Source of the DNA: Fimbriimonadaceae bacterium | Lineage (GTDB): Bacteria > Armatimonadota > Fimbriimonadia > Fimbriimonadales > Fimbriimonadaceae | Length of the DNA stretch: 64,000 bases | Direction of reading: 5' to 3' | Assembly: GCA_019638775.1 (NCBI GenBank) | Contig: JAHBTD010000005.1 | Span: 3,345-67,344, forward strand | In this document: positions 7,086-16,265 of the stretch, one piece after another | How the letters are laid out: every line of letters begins with the position of its first letter | Numbering within the stretch: position 1 is the first letter of the stretch | Notes under the pieces: model-generated | The model's database searches: none | The model's input: only the letters and a program-made list of their open reading frames with translations | What the model was told of the DNA's origin: nothing | Translations under genes and position numbers: made by a program

Positions 7086-9644
7086 TTAATCATCATCCTC
7101 ATCCACTGCATTCTTGTCCAGCTTAAGCCCCTTTGACTTTAGCCCTCGACCGTGCGGGCCGACCCAATCTGTCGGATACGGTTTGGTTCCCATCGTGAGC
7201 CGCCAGACAAGACGATTCAGCGTGTTCTCATCGGCGCGGTCGGGGAGAGAGAAGTCGATCTTCGCGCTGATGTCGGCCAGTTTTTGCATCTCGGGCGTCA
7301 TCTCTTCACGGCGTGGGTTCAGCTCGTCCAGTGGGATGTTGTTGGGGAGGCATTTGAACGGTGTGAGGTCTGGCTTGTCGGTGAAGACATCGCGCATCGG
7401 GTCGGACAGAGCGACGAACTGCGTCATGGGGGTGATGCCCAGCATCAAGCACATCGTGTGGAGTACGGAGGTCTGGTTGTAGAACGTGCTGTTGACGGCC
7501 TTGCGCTTGGTGTAGGGGCTCACGACCAGACACAGCGAGCGGTGCCCATCGATATGGTCCCACCCGTTTTGAGGGTCGTCCTCGTTGATGAAGATCGCCA
7601 TCTTGCTCCAGTACGGAGAGTTTGTGAGCGCCTCCACGATCTGCCCCATCGCAAGATCGTTGTCGGCCATGTGAGCACGTGGTGTTGGCATTCCTGCCGA
7701 GCCGCCGCTGCCGTGATCTTCGGGCAGATAGATGACGGTCAGGTTCGGCATGGTCTTCATCGCCTTGAACTTTTTGAGGAAGATGTCGGCACGGACTACG
7801 TCGGGAATCCCCATATTCCACCCCGGAAAATCGGGATCGCTGTAGGCGCGGATGCGCTCGACGCTGATGTTTTTGGGATATTTGTAGCTGTTCTTTCCAG
7901 CCACAAAGTCGTCGTAGATCTCCTTCCAAGTGCCTTTGGGATCGGAGGTGGCGTAGTCAAACTCGCCGAAGTTCAGCACGCTCATACCGTTTGCCAGGAC
8001 GTGATCCCAGAGGAACCCGGTCGCGGCGACGTTGAGCGGGTCGTCTCCGCCGAACGGATAGCTTCGCGTCCATCCGCCAAACGACTTCTCAAGGTAGCTG
8101 CTGGCGTAGCCCTCCATCGCCCAAGAGTGCCCGTCGGCGCTGAGGATGCCGTTGCAGTAGTAGTTGTCGAGGAGGACGAACTGCTCGGCAAGGGCGTGGT
8201 GGTTTGGGCTCACCTCACGGGGGAAACTGCATAAGCTGGGCTCGCCATCTCCCTGAGGCATGTCGCCAAAGACCTGGTCGTAGGTGCGGTTCTCTTTGAT
8301 GATGTAGACCACGTGCTCGATCGTCGATGCTTCTCCGGGCTTGTTTGGAACCGGTTTGGGGGTTCCTTTGCGCTGAGATCGCTCGGCGGCGAGCAGGGCT
8401 TGGGGCACGCCCGCGTCATCAAGCGACTGCTTGGTCCACGCTGCAAGCTGGGCAGCGTCGGGGAGCTTGGCGATGTTGATTGAACCGGTGTGTCCGTGGG
8501 TGTTGAATTCGTTCATTCGGCGCGGGCTTCGGGAGCCGGTGCCCTTGGCGTTGGTGACGACGATGCTGTCCCCGGCGAGCACAACCCCGCTGGGATACCA
8601 CGCCGTTGGGATGAAGCCCTTGGGTTTGCCCGATGCCAAATCGACGACGGCGATGGCATTGTTGCCGCCGTTGGCGACGTAGAGGGTGCGACCGTCCGGC
8701 GATAAGGCGAGCGCGTTTGGCATGCTGCCGAAGAGGAGTTTGGGGTCGGGCTTGATATTGAGCTTTTGCTTGACGTTGCCCGTCGTCGAATCCAGAATCG
8801 CCACCGTATCTTCATTCGCACATGCGACGAAGACACGCTTGCCCCGCTCGTCGAGCAAGACTTGGTTGGGTTGCAGCCCAACGGGGGTGTGCTTCTTGAT
8901 CGTCTTGGAGGTGAGGTCTACTTGGACAACCGTTGCTTCCTTTGTGACCCCTCGGAAGTCGATCTCGACTTCTGTCCCGGCAGACTTTTGTGTCATGACG
9001 CCGGGTTTTGGCCTTTGGCCACCCCAGCATGAAACCCATGCGGTTTTCCCGTCGCTGGACACAGCGACATCAAAGGGGGCGATATCGACGTCGAATTGGC
9101 TCTCAATCTTGCCGTCGCCCAGATTGACGATGGCGAGCTGGTTGGAGCGTGAGAGGCAGACGAAAGCTTTCGATCCGTCGCCCGAAAATGTGAAACCGCA
9201 CGGATAGGACGCCCCGCCGACTGGTGCAGCAGGGAAGGTGACCTTGCGCTTCCACACGTACTTGCCGTTCTCCAGAACGGCTTGCTCAAGGTCGTTGCCC
9301 GCGTCGGTCAGCCAAACCGAGCCATCGGGAGCTTCCGCGATGCCGTGGAGAGAAGTTCCGCCGGAGATGCTCAGCTCCTGGATGACCTTTTTCTCGACGA
9401 TATCGACGACGATTAGCCCACGGCTATCTTTAGCGAAGAATCGTTTGCCATCGCGTGAGAGCACTCCGTCGATGGGGCGACCGTTGACAACGAGGTTCGT
9501 CCCGGCTGGGCGCACGATCTGGTCAGTTGGGACGAGGGATGCGGTGGGCGAAAGCTCGCCAACCACTCGTTTCTGTTGGCACCCGGCAACGAAGGAGAGG
9601 GCGGCAAGACTGACGATGACGAAGGTGGTTGAGCTTGTGCGCAT
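7086..9644 (-). CDS. Lipoprotein fusing a YncE-like beta-propeller to a phosphoesterase (PlcC/AcpA family) domain
   Basis: Signal plus lipobox (SFVAGC). N-terminal YVTN-type propeller repeats. C-terminal HVVYIIKENRTYDQVFGD phosphoesterase signature. Confidence 0.8.
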   Translation of the reverse strand: MRTSSTTFVIVSLAALSFVAGCQQKRVVGELSPTASLVPTDQIVRPAGTNLVVNGRPIDGVLSRDGKRFFAKDSRGLIVVDIVEKKVIQELSISGGTSLHGIAEAPDGSVWLTDAGNDLEQAVLENGKYVWKRKVTFPAAPVGGASYPCGFTFSGDGSKAFVCLSRSNQLAIVNLGDGKIESQFDVDIAPFDVAVSSDGKTAWVSCWGGQRPKPGVMTQKSAGTEVEIDFRGVTKEATVVQVDLTSKTIKKHTPVGLQPNQVLLDERGKRVFVACANEDTVAILDSTTGNVKQKLNIKPDPKLLFGSMPNALALSPDGRTLYVANGGNNAIAVVDLASGKPKGFIPTAWYPSGVVLAGDSIVVTNAKGTGSRSPRRMNEFNTHGHTGSINIAKLPDAAQLAAWTKQSLDDAGVPQALLAAERSQRKGTPKPVPNKPGEASTIEHVVYIIKENRTYDQVFGDMPQGDGEPSLCSFPREVSPNHHALAEQFVLLDNYYCNGILSADGHSWAMEGYASSYLEKSFGGWTRSYPFGGDDPLNVAATGFLWDHVLANGMSVLNFGEFDYATSDPKGTWKEIYDDFVAGKNSYKYPKNISVERIRAYSDPDFPGWNMGIPDVVRADIFLKKFKAMKTMPNLTVIYLPEDHGSGGSAGMPTPRAHMADNDLAMGQIVEALTNSPYWSKMAIFINEDDPQNGWDHIDGHRSLCLVVSPYTKRKAVNSTFYNQTSVLHTMCLMLGITPMTQFVALSDPMRDVFTDKPDLTPFKCLPNNIPLDELNPRREEMTPEMQKLADISAKIDFSLPDRADENTLNRLVWRLTMGTKPYPTDWVGPHGRGLKSKGLKLDKNAVDEDDD

Positions 9645-9820
9645 GGGGAACCTCTTGGGTCATTTTGCCCCTTTTGCGCTCCGGAGTCCACTCCCTTTCG
9701 CTAAAAGGGCCCAGGCGTAACTTTCTCTTAATGCCCAGGCGTGACACTGTAAGGCGTCGCGGCACTTGGGAAACGAAATCTGGGGCGGGCGATAACGACT
9801 AACAGTTCAATAAAGGTATT

Positions 9821-9846
9821 GGCCGGGTACTCCCGGCCGTTTTTTT
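9821..9846. terminator. Intrinsic-terminator hairpin GGCCGGG-TACT-CCCGGCC followed by GTTTTTTT on the + strand
   Basis: Perfect 7-bp GC stem plus a T7 tract, read on +. It sits 1 nt from the GH95 stop codon (minus strand), where the trailing tract is only AAUACCUUUAUU. Confidence 0.6.
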
Positions 9847-9847
9847 G

Positions 9848-12589
9848 TCAACCCTCGATTACCAGAGTGTCGCCGTTTGCGAGTCCTGTGCTCAGGATAT
9901 CCATGCCTGTCGTCTTACTCTTCGCAGACTTGGGGGACCAATAGGTTTCGGTGCCGTCAACTTTGACACGGCACATCCCAGTCCTTCCTGCTTTGATCTT
10001 TGCCCTGACGAGCTTGCCATCCTTCCACTCGATATCTACCGTGTAGTCGCCTCTTGCCTTCAGGCCTTTCACACTGCCGCTTGCCCATGCTTTCGGCAAA
10101 GCGGGGAGTAGGCGAATGAACCCTTCGTGGCTTTGGAGGAGCATCTCGGCAATCCCGGCTGTGCCGCCAAAGTTGCCGTCGATCTGAAAGGGGGGATGGT
10201 CGTCGAAGAGGTTGGGGAGGGTGGATTTGATGAGCAGTTGGCGGAGGTTTTCGTGGGCTAGATCGCCTTCGTGGAAGCGTGCCCAGAAGTTGATGATCCA
10301 GGCTCGCGACCATCCGGTGTGACCCCCGCCTTTGCTCAATCTTCCTTCGAGAGATTTGCGTGCGGCTGCCATATACTCTGGCGTCTTCTCAAAAGTGAAC
10401 TGGTTGCTGGGGTGCATTCCGTACAGGTGCGACATGTGCCGATGCCCCGGCTCGGCCTCTTCGTACTCCTTGTCCCATTCGAGAATGCGTCCGTCTTTTC
10501 CGATCTGGGGAAGCGCCAGCTTGCCAAGGCTTTCTTTGACGCGCTTGGTGAAGGCATCGTCAATCCCCAACAGTTTTGCAGCCTCAAGGGTGTTCGTGAA
10601 CGTCTCCCAGATAATCTCCTGATCCATCGCCCCGCCCATCACAAGATTGAGGTTTTGGCCTTGGTAGCGGTAGGTGTTTTCGGGGGAAGTTGAGGGGCCG
10701 GAAACCAGCTTGCCAGTGCGTGGATCGGTGACGAGCCAGTCCAAGAAGAACTCGCTGCATAGCTTGAGATTCGGGTAGGCGCGGTTTTTGAGAAAGGCGG
10801 GGTCTTGTGTGTAGCGGTAGTGCTCCATGAAGTGCGCCGAACACCAGCCTGCACCCATCACCCACATCCCCCAAACCGGGTGCCCGGTGAGGGCGGCGAA
10901 GAGGTTGACGTCGGTGGTGTGCCCAAGGGCGATTCCGTTGAAACCGAGTGTCTTGGCTAGCCCACGACTGCTTGGCACCAACGCCTCCATCAACCAAAAG
11001 AAAGGATCATGGCATTCGCTGAGGTTGGTGACTTCGGCGGGCCAATAGTTCATCTGGATGTTGATGTTGGTGTGGTAGTCGACGTTCCAAGGTCCGGCGA
11101 TGTGCTGGCTCCACAGCCCTTGAAGGTTGGCGGGCATATCTCCCTTGCGTGAGGATGCGATGAGCAAGTAGCGTCCGTACTGGAAGTAGAGAGCTTCCAG
11201 GTTGGTGTCCGTTCCGTCGGCTTTCACTTTGGCGAGACGCTCGTCGGTGGGGAGGTTGGGGGCTTCGCCAAGGTCGAGTTGAACGCGCTTGAAGAGCTTT
11301 TGGTAATCGGCGAGGTGATTTGAATAAAGCTCCTGATAAGTCTTGTCCGCGATGCGTTTTAAGTCATCTTCGCAGGCTTTGATGAGGTCGGTGGTCTTGC
11401 GGACTGTTGGGTTTTTCAGGTCGTAATCCGTCTCGCAAACGAGAGATATCAAAACAGAGTCTGCGTTCCGGATGGAAAGGCTGTTTCCGTTTACGCTGAT
11501 CGTTCCCCCTTTTGTGGAAACGCGGACGATGGCAGCGAATTTGGTGCCGGGTTTGACGCCTCCGTGAGAGGCTTGTCCCACCATGATTAGCCCCTTCCCA
11601 TCCTCGGTCGGCTTGGTGGTCGTGCCTTCCGAGCGGGCGAGATCAAGGTCGAAGTTGATTGCATTGATGCGGTCGGTTACGATTTGGGTAATGATTGCCT
11701 TGTCGGGATGCGATACGAAGGTTGACCGCGAATAGGCAACTTCATTAAGGCGGTAACCGGTGGTTGCTTCGGCGGTGTCTAAATCGAGACTTCGCCGATA
11801 CGTGCTTGGGCGCACCTCCGAATCCAGCGCGACTTCTTTTGCCAAGTGTCCCGCGCCACCGCCATTTTGGACGGCGATTGCCAGCAAGTTTTTCCCGGGT
11901 TTTAGGGCCTTGGAAGCATCGAATTGGAACGGTCGATCCCACGCATTCGTGCGTCCGATCTCGACACCGTTGAGGGTGACGATGCTGCTGTCGTCGATGG
12001 GGCTGAGGTTCAGGGTGCGGTTCAGCTCTGCGGGATCGGAACCGAGATCAAACTCTGTTCGAAAGACCACCCAGCTTTGGGCGGGGACTTCCAAATCGTT
12101 GGCCGTTTTCCAACTGGAATCGTCGTAGGATGGGGAGAGTTCGGCTTGGTTTAACTCTTTGGAAACGGGTCCACGTTTCCACTTTTCGATTCGGATGGGT
12201 TTGGGCAGCTGAACCCCAGGATAGTGAAACTTCATCTTGAGGTCGCCCAAGGTCTGATAGCTTCTTGGCTCAATGGGGTCTGCCATTAAATCTTGGGCAA
12301 TGATCTGTTGAGCCTTGGCTTGATCGCCTGCGAAGTAGGCTTCTCGGGCTTTCTTGATCGCTTCGGCGCTGGTTGCCGGATTCTTGGGAACGGGGCCGCC
12401 CGCCCAGATCGACTCCTCGTTGAGCTGAATCCGTTCCTCCGCCACTCCGCCAAAGACCATCCCTCCCAATCGGCCGTTGCCAATAGGAAGGGCCTCCTCC
12501 CATCGTGTGGCAGGATGCCTAAACCAGATCATGAGGTCGTTTTCGGGAGCGTCGAGTTGCATGGCGAGGGCGGCGATAACGGTGATCAT
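9848..12589 (-). CDS. Glycoside hydrolase family 95 (alpha-L-fucosidase-like)
   Basis: N-terminus [28 protein letters not shown]...ESIWAG is the GH95 N-domain signature. 913 aa. Confidence 0.85.
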   Translation of the reverse strand: MITVIAALAMQLDAPENDLMIWFRHPATRWEEALPIGNGRLGGMVFGGVAEERIQLNEESIWAGGPVPKNPATSAEAIKKAREAYFAGDQAKAQQIIAQDLMADPIEPRSYQTLGDLKMKFHYPGVQLPKPIRIEKWKRGPVSKELNQAELSPSYDDSSWKTANDLEVPAQSWVVFRTEFDLGSDPAELNRTLNLSPIDDSSIVTLNGVEIGRTNAWDRPFQFDASKALKPGKNLLAIAVQNGGGAGHLAKEVALDSEVRPSTYRRSLDLDTAEATTGYRLNEVAYSRSTFVSHPDKAIITQIVTDRINAINFDLDLARSEGTTTKPTEDGKGLIMVGQASHGGVKPGTKFAAIVRVSTKGGTISVNGNSLSIRNADSVLISLVCETDYDLKNPTVRKTTDLIKACEDDLKRIADKTYQELYSNHLADYQKLFKRVQLDLGEAPNLPTDERLAKVKADGTDTNLEALYFQYGRYLLIASSRKGDMPANLQGLWSQHIAGPWNVDYHTNINIQMNYWPAEVTNLSECHDPFFWLMEALVPSSRGLAKTLGFNGIALGHTTDVNLFAALTGHPVWGMWVMGAGWCSAHFMEHYRYTQDPAFLKNRAYPNLKLCSEFFLDWLVTDPRTGKLVSGPSTSPENTYRYQGQNLNLVMGGAMDQEIIWETFTNTLEAAKLLGIDDAFTKRVKESLGKLALPQIGKDGRILEWDKEYEEAEPGHRHMSHLYGMHPSNQFTFEKTPEYMAAARKSLEGRLSKGGGHTGWSRAWIINFWARFHEGDLAHENLRQLLIKSTLPNLFDDHPPFQIDGNFGGTAGIAEMLLQSHEGFIRLLPALPKAWASGSVKGLKARGDYTVDIEWKDGKLVRAKIKAGRTGMCRVKVDGTETYWSPKSAKSKTTGMDILSTGLANGDTLVIEG

Positions 12590-12811
12590 CTTGTTCGGTT
12601 AGCCTATCACCTTTGCGCATTGAGACCGAGCCAATTTATTCGGGTTTTGGACTGAAACTCCTCGCCTGGAGTTATGATCCGAGCGAAAGGGATCTGAGGA
12701 CCTGAAGAGGGTGATCTTGTGAATTGCCAACTGACTCTCGTTCGTAAGCGAGGGGATTGAAGCACGGGACCCTTGCAACCCTGGGCTCGGTCCGGCGTAA
12801 GCAGGAATACG

Positions 12812-13072
12812 ATGCTTCATTGGATTTGGCTTTTGGTTATTGGTCTTATCGCCGGCGCTCTCGCCAAAGCGATCATGCCCGGAGACAAGATGGAGCCCAA
12901 GGGCTGTCTTATGACGAGCCTGCTGGGTATCGCTGGTTCCGTTCTGGTTGGGTTTACGATGCGCACTTTCCTCGGTACGTCGGGCGGCGGTGGGCTGATC
13001 GGAACGATCGTCGGTGCGACGATCGGGGCTTGCATTCTGATTTGGCTGGGCCGCGTCTTTACGAAGAAGTAG
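12812..13072 (+). CDS. GlsB/YeaQ/YmgE family stress-response membrane protein
   Basis: MLHWIWLLVIGLIAGALAK... with Gly-rich TM helices. ATG 12812 lies inside track ORF 12773-13072. Confidence 0.85.
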   Translation: MLHWIWLLVIGLIAGALAKAIMPGDKMEPKGCLMTSLLGIAGSVLVGFTMRTFLGTSGGGGLIGTIVGATIGACILIWLGRVFTKK

Positions 13073-13100
13073 GCGTCCTGCCGTGTAAGATAGGCTCGAG

Positions 13101-13778
13101 ATGATTCCGGCAGACACGGCATGGTTCAACCGGGCTTTGTGGAAGCAGTGGATCTTGCTGACGACGGTCGGTCTGCTGGCTGTCCTTGCATTCAAGCTGC
13201 CGCTTGTGATGGCTGGCTGGAATCTTGTCTTTGGTTCACAGCCAAACAAAGGGCTAGTCGCTTTCGCAACTGTCCTGGCTGATTTCTCTGGCTGGTGCAC
13301 ATACGCCTGGCTTCAGGCGACCATCGTCAAGGAGATCTATCCGACCTGTCAAAGGATGAAATGGGTCTTTGCTACATCGAGCCCATATTTGCTTTTGACG
13401 CTTAGCGCTTTGCCCTCGTACTTCATTTATTCCCCAGCAGCAAATCAGCCTCCGGGGCCCCATACGCAGACTCACCCAGCCTATATTATCCTTGCTAGCT
13501 TCTTCATGGGATTGCTGTTCTCGGTTCCTCAGTGGTTTTTGCTGAAGAGGTTCGCAAAAAAGGCTGGTGTGTGGATTTTGTGTCAGACAGTTGCTTTTGG
13601 GGTGGCGGGATGGATACTGGTTCTCTGTCTGTTGCCCGACCCTGCTCGCTTCACGGTCGGCTACGACTTCGGCTTCGCCCTTGGTGCGACACTCATCGAA
13701 GGAGTCTTGGTGGGTGTTATCGGCGGGCTCGCTTTCTACAAGATGCAGCCCCTTCAAACGACCGAAGCCGCAGACTAA
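13101..13778 (+). CDS. Multi-pass membrane protein, unknown function
   Basis: 225-aa ORF with about six hydrophobic segments. No recognisable motif. Confidence 0.55.
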   Translation: MIPADTAWFNRALWKQWILLTTVGLLAVLAFKLPLVMAGWNLVFGSQPNKGLVAFATVLADFSGWCTYAWLQATIVKEIYPTCQRMKWVFATSSPYLLLTLSALPSYFIYSPAANQPPGPHTQTHPAYIILASFFMGLLFSVPQWFLLKRFAKKAGVWILCQTVAFGVAGWILVLCLLPDPARFTVGYDFGFALGATLIEGVLVGVIGGLAFYKMQPLQTTEAAD

Positions 13779-16189
13779 TCCCGCAGACGAGCTTCCGGCT
13801 TCACACTGAGCCGACCTTCGATCACATCAACCCGCAGCTCTGCGTCCGGCATCCGTTCGACCGTGCCCCACGCCCCAGGCACCGAGAAGAACGATTTGAA
13901 CGGCTCCTTCTGAGCTTCGAGCGTACCGTCGATGCCGTCGTAGCGCAGCCCGGTCCAGGCCAGGAACAGTCCGTAGGAGGCGAGGGCGCGGGCGTAATGC
14001 GAGCCGCATTCGTACTCGTTCCAGGGGTTTCTCCGCTTTCCGTCGTGGCGTTTGCGGATGGCGCGAGCGATGGATTCGGCTTCGTCACGCAGGCCGTGGT
14101 AGGCCAGGTGGGTGGCGACTTGGTATTCGATTCCGGTCCAGGCTTCATCCGAGTAGGGGAAGGGATAGTGAGGGCGTCCGCCGCTGGGCCAGGAGCACAG
14201 AAGCAGACCGGTTTCATCGCGGAAGGCGTACACCCGCTGTAGGTTTTCGTGGTCGCCGAGCGGATCACGAAAGTTGTGCCTGTAGATCGAGCGCAGGGTT
14301 TGGGTGACGAGGTCGCGGTCGATCAGGTCCCCCAATCCGGCGACTTCGGCGCAAAGCTGTCCGAAGACTTGGTCGGTGAGGCACCCGTGCCCATGCTGAT
14401 ATTTGGGGGCGTCGGCTTCGGTGTAGGGATTTTCTTGGATGAAAAAGTCGCCGTTCCATAGCCGCTCCTTCGTTGCCTTCGCGCCTTTTTCAATCAAGGC
14501 TTGGTACTTGTCGGCGTGTTCGGCATCTCCAAGGTGGCGGCAAATCTCCTCGGCGGCGCTGAGGGCCCCGAGATAGAAGAATTGGGTGAGCGGGTTTGGG
14601 CCTTGGAAGTTGATGTCGTAGGTGTTGTGCATGTCGCCATCGACGAGGCCGTCCTGGTCGCGATCCCACTGCACCCAGGAATACTCCAGGGCAAAGTGAG
14701 CCTTGGGCCAAATCTCTTTGAGCCAAGCGTCGTCGCCGCTCCATCGCCAGTCGCGGTAGATCTGGATGATCTGCCCGAGCTGACCATCGCTTGCCGCGTG
14801 CCACAGGTAGCTTTCTTTGGCGAGGGGGAGGATCATGCGGAAGTTGAGGGCCCCCTTCTTGCCTTCTCCGCCACAGTTGAAACCGAACTTGAACGCCGTA
14901 TCCAGGAAGCTCCGCTGGATGTCGGGGAAGAGGCAGGCGTGGGTGAGGGCGTAGTTCCAAACGTGCGAGCAGGTGCCTTCGCAACAGCCGCTTTGGGGCG
15001 AGCATCCCTCCCAAGCCCAGAAGCCGCCGTCTTCCAGACGGATGACGGTCGGCGTGTGGAGGATGGAGGCGGTCGCGGAGACACATTCGATAATCGACTT
15101 AGGCAATGTTGAGTCGAGAAGGGCGTCTTCGAACTTGCTGGTGCGGTCGGCGAGTTCGTCAAACCGCCCGAAGAAGTCGTCGGCGACGGCCCAAGCGTCG
15201 GTGTGTTGGGTGGCGTAATACTGCGTCCAGAGCAGTTCTTCACCAGGCTCTTTCTTGCCCCAATACTTGTCGATGATGGGGAAGTGCCAGGCGATGAGGA
15301 ACGGAATTTCGGCGACCTCGCCGGGGACGAGCTTGACTCGGCATCCTAGCGATCCGGACATGGGCTTGCCGCTGTCGGATTCGGGGTTGGGGCCGAGGGT
15401 GCCCGTCTCGCGGAAGCGGTTCCAGAAGGTGGCGATGCAATCCCACCAGCCGGTGACTTCCCAGCGCTCGGTGTAGTCCACGTTGGACCAGCTTGTGGTG
15501 AGCGAAGCGGTGCCGAATCCTAATTCGCCGTGGCTGAAACGCTCGTTTTCGAAGAAGATGCCTCGGCAGTTCGATCCTTGACGGTAGGTGTTTTTGGTCT
15601 TGTCGGGCGTTGTCTCGGTGGCGTCCATCATCGCGTGGACGGGGTTCAGCATGGTCCAGGCAAGGCACAGCTCGACCGGCTTGTCGCCGGTGTTTTCGAT
15701 GCGGTAGTTGAGGCTGGCACAGGGGTAGCTGGAGGCTTGAGTGTCCTGCGGGATAAAAGGGTTGAACGCGCTCAGCTCGATCTTGAGCGGGAAGTTCTCT
15801 TTGTGAAATCGAATGCGGGCGAAGGGGAAAGTGCCCGCGAATTCGATGCTGTCGAAGCATGGCAAGCCGTCCATCTGGGAGAAGAAATGTCCGTGCCCGT
15901 ATGACCAGTAGCCCATGCTCTCGCCGACGAAGTCACGGACTCGCGGGCCCTGCAACGCCAGCGCTCTTGCCTCTTCGCCTTCGGGCTGGAGCCACAGCGC
16001 AGGGAAGGTGTAGGCGAGCATTTTGCCCTTGTTCGGTCTGCCGAAAATCTCCCAGTCACGCAGGTTACCACGACCGTCCAGGCTGACGCATCCGGTGCCG
16101 ATGCCGCCTAGGGGGAAGGCGATTTCGCGCAGGTGTTCGCCTTTGTAGGTGTAGGGGGAGTTGTCAAAGCCGGGGCGAAAGAGCGACAT
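13775..16189 (-). CDS. Glycoside hydrolase family 116 (GBA2-type beta-glucosidase/glucosylceramidase)
   Basis: N-terminus AFPLGGIGTGCVSLDGRGNLRDWEIF is the GH116 N-domain signature. 804 aa. Confidence 0.85.
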   Translation of the reverse strand: MSLFRPGFDNSPYTYKGEHLREIAFPLGGIGTGCVSLDGRGNLRDWEIFGRPNKGKMLAYTFPALWLQPEGEEARALALQGPRVRDFVGESMGYWSYGHGHFFSQMDGLPCFDSIEFAGTFPFARIRFHKENFPLKIELSAFNPFIPQDTQASSYPCASLNYRIENTGDKPVELCLAWTMLNPVHAMMDATETTPDKTKNTYRQGSNCRGIFFENERFSHGELGFGTASLTTSWSNVDYTERWEVTGWWDCIATFWNRFRETGTLGPNPESDSGKPMSGSLGCRVKLVPGEVAEIPFLIAWHFPIIDKYWGKKEPGEELLWTQYYATQHTDAWAVADDFFGRFDELADRTSKFEDALLDSTLPKSIIECVSATASILHTPTVIRLEDGGFWAWEGCSPQSGCCEGTCSHVWNYALTHACLFPDIQRSFLDTAFKFGFNCGGEGKKGALNFRMILPLAKESYLWHAASDGQLGQIIQIYRDWRWSGDDAWLKEIWPKAHFALEYSWVQWDRDQDGLVDGDMHNTYDINFQGPNPLTQFFYLGALSAAEEICRHLGDAEHADKYQALIEKGAKATKERLWNGDFFIQENPYTEADAPKYQHGHGCLTDQVFGQLCAEVAGLGDLIDRDLVTQTLRSIYRHNFRDPLGDHENLQRVYAFRDETGLLLCSWPSGGRPHYPFPYSDEAWTGIEYQVATHLAYHGLRDEAESIARAIRKRHDGKRRNPWNEYECGSHYARALASYGLFLAWTGLRYDGIDGTLEAQKEPFKSFFSVPGAWGTVERMPDAELRVDVIEGRLSVKPEARLRD

Positions 16190-16265
16190 GGCGCGAGTAT
16201 AGACAGGATTTGCCGCGCAAAAGTCAATGTTTACATGCGGCTTTTCACCCAGTAGACTTTGATTT

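Noticed and set aside
12590-12811. Several short hairpins (for example GATCC-GAGCGAAAG-GGATC) in the 5' region of the yeaQ-like gene; possible riboswitch or sRNA
   Set aside because: I cannot match any riboswitch consensus by eye, and the stems are short. The idea is unsupported without covariation or expression data.
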